64,000 bases of DNA from Azolla caroliniana (lineage: Eukaryota; Plantae; Polypodiophyta), in contig JBHGNT010000007.1 of NCBI GenBank assembly GCA_043228905.1, forward strand, positions 1,798,001 through 1,862,000. Direction: 5' to 3'. This document shows, in pieces, positions 23,701 to 35,294 of this stretch. Position numbers and translations under genes: made by a program. Under the pieces are notes generated by a model that saw only the letters and a program-made list of their open reading frames with translations, was not told the origin of the DNA and made no database searches. Numbering within the stretch: position 1 is the first letter of the stretch; every line of letters begins with the position of its first letter.

Positions 23701-24865
23701 CCGAAATCAGGTTCAATCGAACCTCCGGAACGTGTCGGACATCCTTCAGCAACATTTTGCATCCGGTCGAGGTTGTCAACCACACGTCTCCTATGCCGGC
23801 AATCCGGCACGTACCTTCATTTCCCATCCGAACACAGCCATGCTCACCGGCTGCGTAGGATGAGAAGTATCTTCTTTCCGGGGTCAGGTGGAACGACGCT
23901 CCGGAATCGACCACCCAGGTAGTCTCATCGCCGGCAATGTTTAGTTCACCTTCTTCGGTGATGAGCATGATCTCCTCTTCACTTGCCGCGAGTGCCGTCG
24001 TTCCTTTCCGGTCCTGCCTTCTCCGATCCGAACCGTTCCGGTCCGTGGCTCCCCGGTAAGCACCGTTCCGTTCCGAAGACTTCTTCGAATCGGTGTCGTC
24101 GGCTCCGTTGTCTTTTCGGTAATGCCGACAATTCTTTCGGATGTGCCCCGGCTTCCCACAGTGGAAGCATGTGGGCCTTCCTCTTGACTGCGACCGGGTC
24201 CCCGACTTCGCCCGTCTTTGCGGACTCCAGTTCCGTTGTCTTCCCCGATCCGATTCGGTAAGCAGCATCTTCGGATCGGAGGCCGGTTCTTTATCTCTCC
24301 GACGCGCTTCTTCGTTCAAAATGCTTGTCTTTACCGTTTGTAGGGACAAGTTATCTTCGGTGCAGGAGGTGCTGAGAGTCACCACCAAGTTCTCCCAGCT
24401 TTCCGGCAATGTACACATCAGCATGATGGCTTGCATTGCATCCTCCAACGGGAACTTGATCGCAGCAAGCTGGTTCACGAATCCCATGAACGTGCTTACG
24501 TGTTCCACCATACTCTCGCCGTCCTGGTACTTGAGGTTCACTATCTTCCTCATCAGGGAGGTCCGGTTCAACGCATTCTTCCTCTCGTAGAGGCCCGACA
24601 GCTTCTGCCACATCTCATATGCGTTGGTGTCGTTCGCCACATGTTGTAGAACGCTCACGTCGACGTATTGCCGAATGGTTGCAACGGCTTTCCGGTTCAG
24701 AAGCCTCCATTCCGTCTCAAGTACCCCCTTGGGTATTTCCGACCTGTCGATCGGTTCATACAGGTCCCGAACAATGAGCAGATCCTCCATCTTTATCTTC
24801 CAGTCGGCGTAGTTCTGCGCATTCAGCACCATCATCCCCGGCTGCCCGCTGCTGCCGCCTTCCAT
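20792..24865 (-). CDS. Copia Gag-Pol polyprotein, intact
   Basis: First ATG at 24865; CFHCGKPGHIRKNC, WVVDSGAS, HTDVC/RADNGGEY, QMDVKTAFL, LLYVDD, FTDSD, TKHI. Confidence 0.95.
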   Translation of the reverse strand: MEGGSSGQPGMMVLNAQNYADWKIKMEDLLIVRDLYEPIDRSEIPKGVLETEWRLLNRKAVATIRQYVDVSVLQHVANDTNAYEMWQKLSGLYERKNALNRTSLMRKIVNLKYQDGESMVEHVSTFMGFVNQLAAIKFPLEDAMQAIMLMCTLPESWENLVVTLSTSCTEDNLSLQTVKTSILNEEARRRDKEPASDPKMLLTESDRGRQRNWSPQRRAKSGTRSQSRGRPTCFHCGKPGHIRKNCRHYRKDNGADDTDSKKSSERNGAYRGATDRNGSDRRRQDRKGTTALAASEEEIMLITEEGELNIAGDETTWVVDSGASFHLTPERRYFSSYAAGEHGCVRMGNEGTCRIAGIGDVWLTTSTGCKMLLKDVRHVPEVRLNLISAGRLDDEGYTGSIRNCVMKFSKGSLIVARARKVNTLYLMNAWLCPEELNVAADTAGELWHKRLCHMSEKGMKRLAEDNLIPVKHVHLEKCTDCLAGKQNRTSFHSRPPTRRSAPLELVHTDVCQVETKSHGGAQYFVTFIDDHSRKLWTAPLKTKDQVLCVFKELHARVERESGKKLKAIRADNGGEYRGQFEEYCRSKGIRLEFTVPKTSELNGLAERMNRTIMERVRSMLAHAKLPKGFWAEAMSTATYVINKSPSVPLDGDTPQRVWTGREVSYRHLKVFGCLAYVHVAKDRRGKLDPKTRPCIFLGYGDDEFGYRVWDPVDKKIFRSRDIIFMEDKTLADWESEKKMKSSKSTGEDQLYEEQSRPARDRLALEDPAEDGEETEPAEEDETDTGTGPDPEMDSDEEETEEPVTEAPERRYPLRERRAPRRFPEPEHVLLTDEGEPESFEEAKLDTHSRRWLSAMQEEMDSLHENHTYELVELPKGKRALRNKWVFKLKPGDAGKPPRYKARIVVKGFQQKKGVNFDEIFAPVVKMTSIRTVLSIAASMDLEVEQMDVKTAFLHSDLEEEIYMQQPEGFEKKGKEHLVCRLKKSLYGLKQAPRQWYRKFDSFMTDEGYHKTQSDHCVFVKKFEGGDFLILLLYVDDMLIVGRDQVKIRMLKKALHRTFSMKDLGPARQILGMHIIRDRKKKQLWLSQEKYVTKVLHRFNMSEARPVGSTLPTNCKLSSKQSPKTKAEKEDMMKVPYASAVGSLMYAMVCTRPDIGYAVGVVSRYMSNPGKEHWNAAKWILRYLKGTANVCLRFGSGKPELDGFTDSDMSADADTSRSTSGYVMTYAGGVVSWQSRLQKTVALSTTEAEYMAAVEAGKEIIWMKDFIRELGIRQEEYRLYCDSQSAIHLAKNAAYHSRTKHIQRRYHWIRERIEDQEFVLTKIHTDENGSDMLTKVLTPDKLEACRKRVGLERHPMPK

Positions 24866-24896
24866 TTTTTGCACTGCAGTCGCTCTGATACCAGAT

Positions 24897-25696
24897 TGTT
24901 AGGGATTGACGCTTTCAAAAACCTTCACCTCTCGGCCACAACCGAGGAAACACGAATCAATGCAGCAGAAAATCGAAAACACAGAGAGAGACTCGAATGC
25001 ACAGGGTTTAGCGTGGAAAACCCTAGACGGGAAAAACCACGGGAGTGCAAGACTCCAACTATCACTATACGCAGGGAATGTACAATGGCGAGCTGCAAGG
25101 CGACGACCTTGAGCTCGCTGTCCTCGCCACAGGCGGCGGTATTACACAGAGGCGTCGACCTCTTCCTTTCTCTCTCTCTCACTCTCTCTCTCGGCTGCTC
25201 TCACTTCGCTCCCTCTAAGTGGAAAACAGAAAAATGAGCAACAACTACAAAACTGTTTGCCCTAAGTCATATTTATACACAAATGACTTTCGGGCTATTT
25301 ACAAATATAGCCTCGAGGGCCCTTGGCAAACATATTCACAAATATGTCCCCGCATCCGGATCTCTCTCCGGGTAAATTCGTCATCCGGCTCCGTAGCCGG
25401 GGTCTTCATCATCCGGATCCGAAACCGGGTCTTCATCATCCGGTTCCGATACCGGGTACTTCATCATCCGGATCCGAAACCGGGTCTTCATCATCCGGCT
25501 CCGTAGCCGGGGTCTTCATCATCCGGATCCGAAACCGGGTCTTCATCATCCGGTTCCGATACCGGGTACTTCATCATCCGGATCCGAAACCGGGTCTTCA
25601 TCATCCGGTTCCGATACCGGGTACTCCTCATTCGGGTCTTCATTCCCGATTCCCGGACATCTGACCATCCCATCCGGAGGGACCGTAATCCCAACA
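24897..25696 (-). repeat. 5' LTR of copia 2 (800 bp)
   Basis: One 114-bp unit and nine 27/28-bp units from 25381. Confidence 0.95.
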
Positions 25697-25967
25697 AGAA
25701 ACACCTTAAGAAGCTTTCCAAACAAAACTATATTGTTTGTGATGATCACTGACATGGTCAAGGGCAATAGCACACCCCCTCGTCCCCCCCCCCCCTCCCC
25801 CCCCCCAACGCTTGTTTATAAATTATAATCTCGTTTGTATGCATAATATTGGCTTATTTATAAGCAAACTAAAATACTAATGTAGAAAACATATTTTATC
25901 TTACAAGTTAATTTCTTGTGGATTGCAACAAAATAAGTGCTACACCAATAATAAAAACGCAAAGAAT

Positions 25968-26400
25968 TGCCATATGTCAAGATTCGAACTCTTGACATAA
26001 CCATGTTATAATTGAGTGTTATGTGTTAACCACACATCTACCATATAATCATGTATATACTTCCTCATTGTAGGTTTTAGCTAGCATCATGTGCATAATT
26101 TCTCCCTTGTATTATTAACACTTGGCACATGCATGCGTACCTACTGCCTACATGCTCTATTGTATCACATGCGTGCAACAGGTATGCATGCCACTTAGTA
26201 TAAATAGTTGAGTTCACCTTGAAGGAATTCAAGGTGAACAACGCCAATCATGGACATATCAATCTAGTATTCTCATTTCGCCCATCTTCTCTCCTTAATC
26301 TTCATCTCTATCTTTATGCTCTTGTGTCATTCCGTCATCACTCCGTCGTAGCCTCATCATCCGTGCTCTGTCTTAGTCCACACTTGGTGTGTCCGTGACA
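25968..26400 (+). mobile_element. Probable solo LTR of a related gypsy family
   Basis: TGCCAT...GTGACA ends, ~433 bp. The start resembles the chromovirus LTR (CAAGATTCGAAC versus CAAGACTCGAAC). TATAAATA at 26199 is followed by a 12-bp hairpin. No TSD found. Confidence 0.6.
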
Positions 26401-28032
26401 CCATACATTCTATAATCAACTCCAACTCGGAGCAACACCGCAAATTTCCACAATGAACTCTACGTCAGGGCATTGTCTTAAATTTTTGTAAAAAACCCAA
26501 CATATCTTCCATTTCTATCGTATCATTTTCTCTTTGTTTTTCTAATTATTCATACCTCTCCCTTGCAATGTTCAAACAAACCAATTTATCCATTAGAGTT
26601 ATTGAGCTTAAGGTGAAATGTAATATACCTACCTTTTATCATGCATGGCTATATCCAATAAGTAGATTAGAGAGAAAATGTTGGTGACTCATTTAATTTA
26701 AGGAAAATGCATTGAGAAATAAGAATGTGACTCTTGGACATATAGGTAAAAATCATTATAAGAAAGGAAGGATTTCATTGGTTGTGAGGTTCATCAATGA
26801 TGTTGATTTCTGGATTTAGATCAAAGTTGGGATAAATTTGTTATAGATTCTACGAGAACAAAATAGTCAGTTCATCATTTGCTTGTTCTCGCATGTCCTC
26901 ATCATAGAATTGATATTTTAATATGGCAAACAATCAATGTGTCGACCTTTATTAAGCATAGGCATATTAAACATGTGATGATCTATTTATTTTGACTTTT
27001 GTTGATCCCACATATTGTCCCTCCTTTACACCGAAGAACTCATGGCAATCTTCGACACCGAGGTTTCAAGTGAGATTCACTAGACATCGGATGCTCATAG
27101 GAAAAGACAAGGACCCGAGGAAATCGTACATTTATATATTTGCTCACTTTTGATTTAGTTAATAATCAAGCTAAGGAAATGATTGTCACGGTCTTCAATG
27201 CATGTTACATATTAGCATATGGCCTCTTAATGTGCCCATGATGACGCTACCTTTTTTATATCAGAACATGTTGAGTGAGTTTTTTAGTGATTATCTAGCC
27301 CTAGAGGTCCATCTGGTTTCACAAATCAGCTATGTTCATCATGAAGCTTCATTCTTTTGGGGGGCATTGGCATTAACTAATAATATTGAGTGGCAACTCT
27401 TATGCTCAATAATAAAATGTTATCTGTTTTTCTTTATCTTGATTTCATCATTTACTACACCAATTTTAAAATATCAAATAATTGAAACCCCTTTCAATAA
27501 ATATGATATGCCAACATTTGTGGGACATACTTACAACCCGTGCACTCTTCGTGCTATGTTAACATTTTTAGGATTTTCTTTGGTTTTAATGTGTGCATGT
27601 GCGTTGTTAAAGTAAAGCTTGGTTTAGAGATTTCTCATTTTAGTGCTTTGCGTGGTTCAAAGTGTGTTGAAACTCATAGTACAATTGTAATGCCAACATG
27701 TTTGGAGTTTTGCAATGTTCGGTAACATGTTTTCAATGCTTACGTGATTCAAAGTGTGTTGCAACTATTGAAGTACAATTCTAATGTTCGAAGGCATTGT
27801 AATTCAAAATAAAGTCACAAAATGCACAAAAAACCAAGGTGATTAAAGTTCTTTCAATCAAGAGCTTTGAAGACAAGTTCTAAGCATATTCATTATACTT
27901 TTGGGACCTTGAAAACTGGAGCGGAAAACCACATGTTTCGATTGATTTACATTGAATATATTGCGTACACCATAACTACCGAAAGGAATTTGTATACACG
28001 CATTGTCGAGGTAGTTGTGGCTTGTGCGGCGA

Positions 28033-28766
28033 GGTCACAGGGACCACGGTTAAGGGGAGTTTGAGCAAAGGCTCATGTGGTGATATCACAAAGATTAAGG
28101 ATAGGAGGAATCACAATTCAGCATAATGTCTTATTGTTCGTGCATGATGTGTCGAACCGTTGGACAAGCGAGAGAAAGGAACGCGAACAAGAGACGGAGA
28201 CAATGTATGATTTAAGAAGCAAGAGTATATGAAAAGAACATGCTTTATATTGAGAATTCAAGATTTTACCAAAGTTACAATGCTTGATCACAAAGATGAA
28301 ACTTGTCTCTGCCAAACTCCAGCTTTGAACCCGGACTTCAATTTTGAAAGACAAGACACTTTGTAGATGAACTAACTTGTTTGATTCATTAATTATTTGA
28401 TTCTCTCCCTCCTTGATGGTTGCTTTCCCCCTCTTTATAAAGGTGTTCACATGCATACGATGTATGTCACATTGCATGAGATGCATGTGATGTGTGGTTG
28501 CCATTTGGCACGCATGCACTATATGGGATGCATGATAGCCATACTGGTCATCATGTGTGGGAGATATATAGGAGATAAGTTAAACAATACCTTACCTTGA
28601 TGGCTTATACGCATGCAATATATGGGATGCATGATAGCCATATTGGTCATCATGTATGGGAGATATATGGGAGATAAGTAAAACAATACCTTACCATGAT
28701 GGCTTATACCTTGTACATCAAGTACAAGGTTGTAGGTTCAAAGTTCACAAATGTTACTTGATGATA
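28033..28766 (-). mobile_element. Possible degenerate solo LTR containing a 99-bp tandem duplication
   Basis: The ends resemble mutated TGTCAC/ATGACA. Repeat copies at 28512-28610 and 28611-28709. tRNA-like A/B module at 28692-28743. No TSD. Confidence 0.45.
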
Positions 28767-31341
28767 TTAGCGCATGTTTTTACATAGTGAAGCAATTTGC
28801 TTCACAACAACGCAATGTGCGCCAGTGTGTTACTTTGTAATGGTTGCCTTTACTTCAAAGCATCTTTCTCAAAGGGCAAGTAATTTCCTTTGTGATTTTA
28901 TTGTCATGGGTGGGTTTATTTATCTTAAACTTTTCTTCTTGAAATTTCAAAGTACATTGCATGACAGAAGCCAACAATCACGAATAGGATGGTGACATGA
29001 ACAAGTGCAAAATTCAAAGTCCACTTGATCCATGCATGTGTAAAAAGGCGAGTGTTGGCTCTAAATGTGAAACCTTTTTGTTTTCTGAGATTGTATTGAT
29101 GAGAGTTAATTTTCTCTTGTCGACTATATAGGTTTTGAGGGGAAATCTTATTAATTGAAACAAACATATAAGCAACCAACAATGAGTGTATCTTTCTAAG
29201 CATCTAACTTAACATTGAGAACTAGAAAACTTCTAAAAGCCTATGCCTATGCGATCACGAAACACTTATTAAGTGTGAACTCCAATTATGGTAGAGAACA
29301 TTTGCAGAATGTACGTCAACTTATTCAAGGAGGTGAAGATGAAAATGTCAACCATCCCCACAAGCAATTGGTGGGCTTTCCAACTCCATTTGCCTTTTCT
29401 TGTTGAGCAAATTGATCTTCATGATTCACATATTCCTAAGATGCCTCATTCATCTCATCACTCTCCTCTTTCTTTGGTTATGAGTTGAATTTGGCACAAG
29501 TCCCATTATGATTCCCTTGAGAAAATGTGGTTATGAAGTAAACAAATAAAAAAATATGCAATGTAATGTATTTGTAGGACAATCCAGTTCATCTCTTGTA
29601 GAAGAATTCCCTTACGTTTTGGAGCCATGTAATGTGATCAATAAGCTACAAGACTCCAAGTGCATAGAGATCATACAATTATGTCTTTTAAAATGTACAT
29701 CCCAATATATGAAGAAAGGTCAAAGCTGCACAAAACTTAACCAATAAATTCAATAAAGGTCACTTGTTGAATGCTTTGAAATAATGCACATTTAAATGTT
29801 TGACATAGTAATTGGACAAGAAGGGTGTGGCCTATTTTGATTATATCAATGATGAATCATAATTGAAAACATGGTTCACTTAGCACTACTCTCTTTCACG
29901 TATAAAAATGATTACTATCCGTATACCATCTCGTTATTCGATGGAATAGAAGCCTCATCAATATTATCAAGTATTCATGTTTTAATAAAAACATAACTTG
30001 TAGATAATCCAACAAGGCAACTCATGTCCTAGAAGTATGGCTTCAAAGTGTTTGTGAAAGATTTCTCTACATGCTTGCATAAATTTTGTGCTTCAAAAGT
30101 TCATCTAAAAGCTTACATGTAATGTTTAAGTAAAACCCAATGTTAAATTGGGATTTGAAAGACAATAGGTGAAATTTTATGGCAATATGTTTGGTTCACA
30201 TGTGTAGCAATGTAAGCATACACATTGTTCCTTTCTGATATTGTTTGATGCGTGACATGTAAAATTTAGCATCATCTAGACTTTCATGTGCCATAAATCC
30301 CCTGTTCACATGGATGATATACGAGCATAAAAATAAGTTAAGAGATCAGCAACTCAATTTCCTAATATATAGGGTCCTAAAAACTATAAATCTTTATTGT
30401 CCTATGCATCAACATAACTTTATGTTGAATAATAGCAATTTGCGAACCTTTTCCATCCCCAAACCCCACATTTTCTCATTGTTTGATAGTTGTCAACATC
30501 CAAATTTCTAGCATAACCATGACCAAATTCAACGCAATTTGGCGTATAGAGCCTCCTAATATGAATCAATGTCATTTGGATGGCATTGCTACTTTTGACC
30601 TCCATTGAATGTATATACGATCGTGTATTGTTTACTTGTCCAAAACATGTTTCTTTTTATCATGCACATCACTCTAGCTCGTACATGTGATGCTCTCACT
30701 AACAAGGGGGACATTATGTTCATGTGAAGCTACTTATATTAAACCCAAGTACATGCAAATGGAAACATGATATATTTTCAAATCCCAATCATTCAATCTA
30801 TGGATTAACCATATGCATGTAGGAACACATGGATGGGGATGTCCTAGTCACATGTAGGGAACGATGCAACATACGTTGACTCTTGTATTCTACATGTGTG
30901 TGCTTGAATGTTGTCCTAGACCCACTCAATGTACATGATTTCCTCATACCTTACACTATGACTATTTTTTTTTTCCAAAAAAAAACACTACTTCCCATTA
31001 GTTAGCAAAAGAATTACATCGAAGAACAGCCATAATCAAAACAGCATAATCCTCACCTAACTATTTACAACAAGAGTAACCCACTGCCTCTTTTTACATA
31101 GTGACCACCATGGTGACCAAATATTCACAACAAAGCCAGTGGCGGAAACAGCCATCTTGGTGCTTGGTAATTCCATTTAGGACCAGACGCTGAATTAACC
31201 ATCATAGGAGAGCGACCCCATTTCAGCAAAAACTTTGAGCGAGCCCTGTCTGCTGCATCCGAGTTCCCTTCAATTGAGTTGTACTGTCCGCGCAGCCAAG
31301 ATACCAGCTATTATGACTATTATGTTATCATACTATGCTCA

Positions 31342-31345
<4 letters not shown>

Positions 31346-31433
<88 letters not shown>
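31346..31433. repeat. Compound (CT)n(AT)n microsatellite
   Basis: Seen directly in the sequence. Confidence 0.95.
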
Positions 31434-31436
<3 letters not shown>

Positions 31437-32608
31437 TCATATTTCTTCCATATTCAATTTGGATCACTTCATTACACATGTGGCATATACTTCGTGGATG
31501 CCTTCCAACAATTCTATACAAATGGGTGTATTCTTCATTGCAATATGCCAACACGGATATGTGATTAATATTCATAAACATTTTCAAATTTATTTTGTTT
31601 TACAATATTGACAAATTTAGAGAACATATTTTGTGCACCGTCATGAATGGGACACCTATATTATGATATGTTGTGCTTCTTTATAAGATTTAATGAAGTT
31701 TGGTATTTAAAATTACAGCCAAGGTAACAACTCAAAAGTAGAAAAAGCCTTTGATTATCATGTGATGAGAATTAAATAAATCACAAACATTGACAACAAT
31801 CAATGAGTTAACGTGTTATTAGATAATGACCTAATGTCACATTATTTAGTTATCTTTACACTTGGAAAGGTGTTGCATCCCACATGATACAATGGACTAT
31901 ACATTAGACAAGTAAACTTGACAGCCTTAATGTATGCTAGCTAAGATGTTTTACGTACAAGTCAAACTACCATGAATTATAATAATAGCAATATAATAGT
32001 TAAGTGATCAATCATTTTCACTCATTTTCTTGTTGATATTTCCCTCCTCCTTTTTCTTTCTTAGCTTTGCCACGAGCAAGAGCTATAGCTTAGAAATCTA
32101 TGATATTATATGTGCTATTAAACAAAACGGCGTGTTTTGTAAAACTTCGTGTATAATATTTGGAAGTGTCCATGTATCCTTCAAATCACTTTAGACATAA
32201 TATAAACAATTCAAAACCAAGTTAATTGGAAACCCCATTTTATTTGTTGACACATCCTTGCAAAACATGTATCAACACTAATCTTCACCACAATTTTATA
32301 CTAGTACTTCTAAATCTTCATGACTAATCTACATCAAGTATTTCTTAATGGGAGGCATCAATGTACACGATAAAGGGAACCAACGAAACGGGACACTTCT
32401 AAATGGATCAATGACACAACACATTCCTCATGTGATGGGGAAATCTCATTTTTGTAGGATTTACAAACTTTGCCACAACAATGAGTCCCTTTTTTTAACA
32501 TTGATGATTCATACATGCTTTGACATAACTTCACGCGCATCGAGACCAAAACACCTAACAAATCGTAAGTTGGTGCGTATTGCTTGCAATCCATCATCCC
32601 AGTTCGAC

Positions 32609-32646
<38 letters not shown>

Positions 32647-35294
32647 GAACAATTCATTAATGGCAAACTTACCTATGATGCGACATACCTCCTCAAAAGA
32701 AGATAAAGGTTGGTTTAAGCTTCTAAATATCTACAATTAAAATCTATAAATTGATCTTTTATTTGAAAAGGTGTGAAAGATATTACCTTTTATATATGGG
32801 AGGGGTTAAGACAAAGGACAAAACTGACTTTTACGATGCAACAACATATAAATATGAGCAAATCCTCGCGTGATTGAAACTTTAGCTCCAAAAAAGTAAG
32901 AGTGAAGGTGGCATTTGCTTAGAGAGGAATAACTAATAGAGGAATATACTCTTTTCATGAGGTTTGTATTTTTCTAAAGAAGAATGAATGGGCCATGATA
33001 ACAATAGTTGGACAATACAAACACATCTTTCAACTTCCACTCGATGTTCTGTTTCTTATTAGTGTTGTTCATGAAAGTAAACAATACCTCTTTAAACCAT
33101 CTATAAATTCAAGTACGTGGATGGGATGAACAACTAGATATATTGGGACTAATATAAGAAACATGGCTTCACTTCAAAATGGCATAAACAAACAACAATA
33201 GGATTATTTATGTCATTGTTTGATGTGGGGAGAACAAGCTTCTTCACATGAAGCCATTCAAGAAAATGAGACAAATGTTGTTAACTTCAACAAGACACAT
33301 GTTTCGTAGATTGCAAATATGTAATGACCTCTAATATGTCTTAGGACGCCTTAGAAATATTTTACACATTGTATAGAAATGTCATATTCCATTATGATTT
33401 CCTCTAATATTATAGAAACTAAGAAAAAGACAACATCTTGAAATTATTCAAGTTCATATTAACCTTATTTGTTCGTTGTAAAATCTAGTGCAACATGACT
33501 TGATGGGACGACTTCATATGACGGTGTCAATGTGTGAGTGTTTGAAAGGACCTATCAGGTCATACTTTTAATAATATGGTCTCTAGATCTTTTCTTATGT
33601 AAAGTAAAAAGCAAGAGATACTCACATGGGGCCCTTTGCTATTTCAGGCATTAGTATAATACAATGAAAGCAATTCTATGTCTAGGAGACCTTGCACTTA
33701 AAGAGGGGGATTGTCCTAAACTCTTAAATGCTCTTGTAATCTTCATACTTTCAATTAAGGTGTAATGGCTTACTATAACTAATTGATCACGACATCAACC
33801 GATCAATAAAAGAACTCTAGAAAGGATTTGTGGTTAACCTTTCAGTCATTCTAACAATATTAAGAATACAACAATACATTATGATAAACTTGACAAATCA
33901 CAAAGTGTGGTGATGAATTTTGGCAAATCGTTTAATCAATCATGTGATGAGGGGCAATTGAGATATGACACGAATCCAACAAAAAGATAGATATAAACAT
34001 TGAGACAATGAACGAACGATTGTGAACGAGTAAAGGTTCCCTAGCTCATGCAAACATTGACCACATTTTTGGACTTGCCAATCCATAAAATAGCCTTAAG
34101 GAAATCCCTACAACATCGTGATATTTCCTCTTAGTTTTCTACTCTTTTATGCATGAATAGGGAAGCCGAGCAAGCAAACGGATCTTTGAACAACAACATC
34201 GACTGGTGATCGCCATAAGAAGGGCATAAAAATAAAAATTTACTGAAAGGTAATGATAAGTCTTTCACGTAGCTATGTTGAAATGCTTTTTTTTCACATA
34301 ACTTCCAAGTGTTCCACAGGTTTACCTAGGGGAAAAAAGAAGAAACCATTGGAGAAGGTAGGCTTTAGAAGAACCATGACTACCAGCCAACCCCTTCATG
34401 TAATGGGGAATGTAAACTGGGATTTCTCGGATAATGCCTAGGTAGGACCCTGGGATTTTGGGAAATAGAAGAGGGAATGAATTGTTCCATCATTTTCCGG
34501 CCGGACAATTTGGCCGGGAAATGGTGACAACAAAAGAGTGGGAACATGGGGAGCCCAAAAAACCACTCTTTGTTACCACTCAAAGAGACCTAGGTATAAC
34601 ATACATACATACATATTGATATATATATATATATGCATAAATAAATAAATATATTATAATTTATATATACATATATGTATATGTAAACAAATAAAATAAA
34701 TAAATAAAAATCGCATAAATAAATTTCATAAATAAATATGTAAATATAGTAGGCACATAAAAAGGAAATAAATAAATAAATAAATTTAAATACATAAACA
34801 AATTTAATAAAAAACTAAATAAATAAATAGATAAATAAGTAAAAATAAAATAGAAATAGAAATAATATATATATATATATATATATAAATGAAGGTGCAG
34901 AGAGCCATTTCCTTTGTTTCTTTCTTTGTTCGACTCCCCCTTCCCTTTCTCTTCTTCGTTTTGGGCCCTTGTCTGATTTTCCATGCCTCCTCTGTTCTCT
35001 TCTTTTAAACCCTAATTTGGGTCCATTTAAAAAAAAATAAAAAAAATCATCCGTCATTGCTTAAATCTTTTTCTTTTCTTTCAATCCGTCGCAACTGTTA
35101 TTACAGTTTGAAGGAGGAGGCGGAGGATAATGCGAAGAAGGGACCGCGCTCTGTTCTGATTAGTTATTTGCTTCACTTGATTCACAACTCATTTTAATAC
35201 AGGTAAAAAAAGAAGAAGTTCCCATTGCAACTGTTATACTTATATCATGCTTCCAAGCTTGATGAAATAGTGGAAAGCTCAGACCCACACTGTG

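Larger units (their letters stand above)
19923..25696 (-). mobile_element. Intact Ty1/copia LTR retrotransposon (Tnt1/Tork-like)
   Basis: LTRs 19923-20781 and 24897-25696 (TGTT...AACA); TSD AGAAA; PBS TGGTATCAGAGC at 24882-24893; PPT at 20782-20792; one uninterrupted ORF. Confidence 0.97.

Noticed and set aside
25775-25806. Poly-C run as a functional G-quadruplex
   Set aside because: Simple homopolymer with no supporting context.
32690-33900. Possible very old gypsy 3' end (purine tract 33700-33710 followed by TGTCC)
   Set aside because: Protein similarity is too faint to support by eye.
26400-34990. Short AT-rich ORFs in the intergenic stretch
   Set aside because: No recognisable domains, splice structure or coding-like composition.
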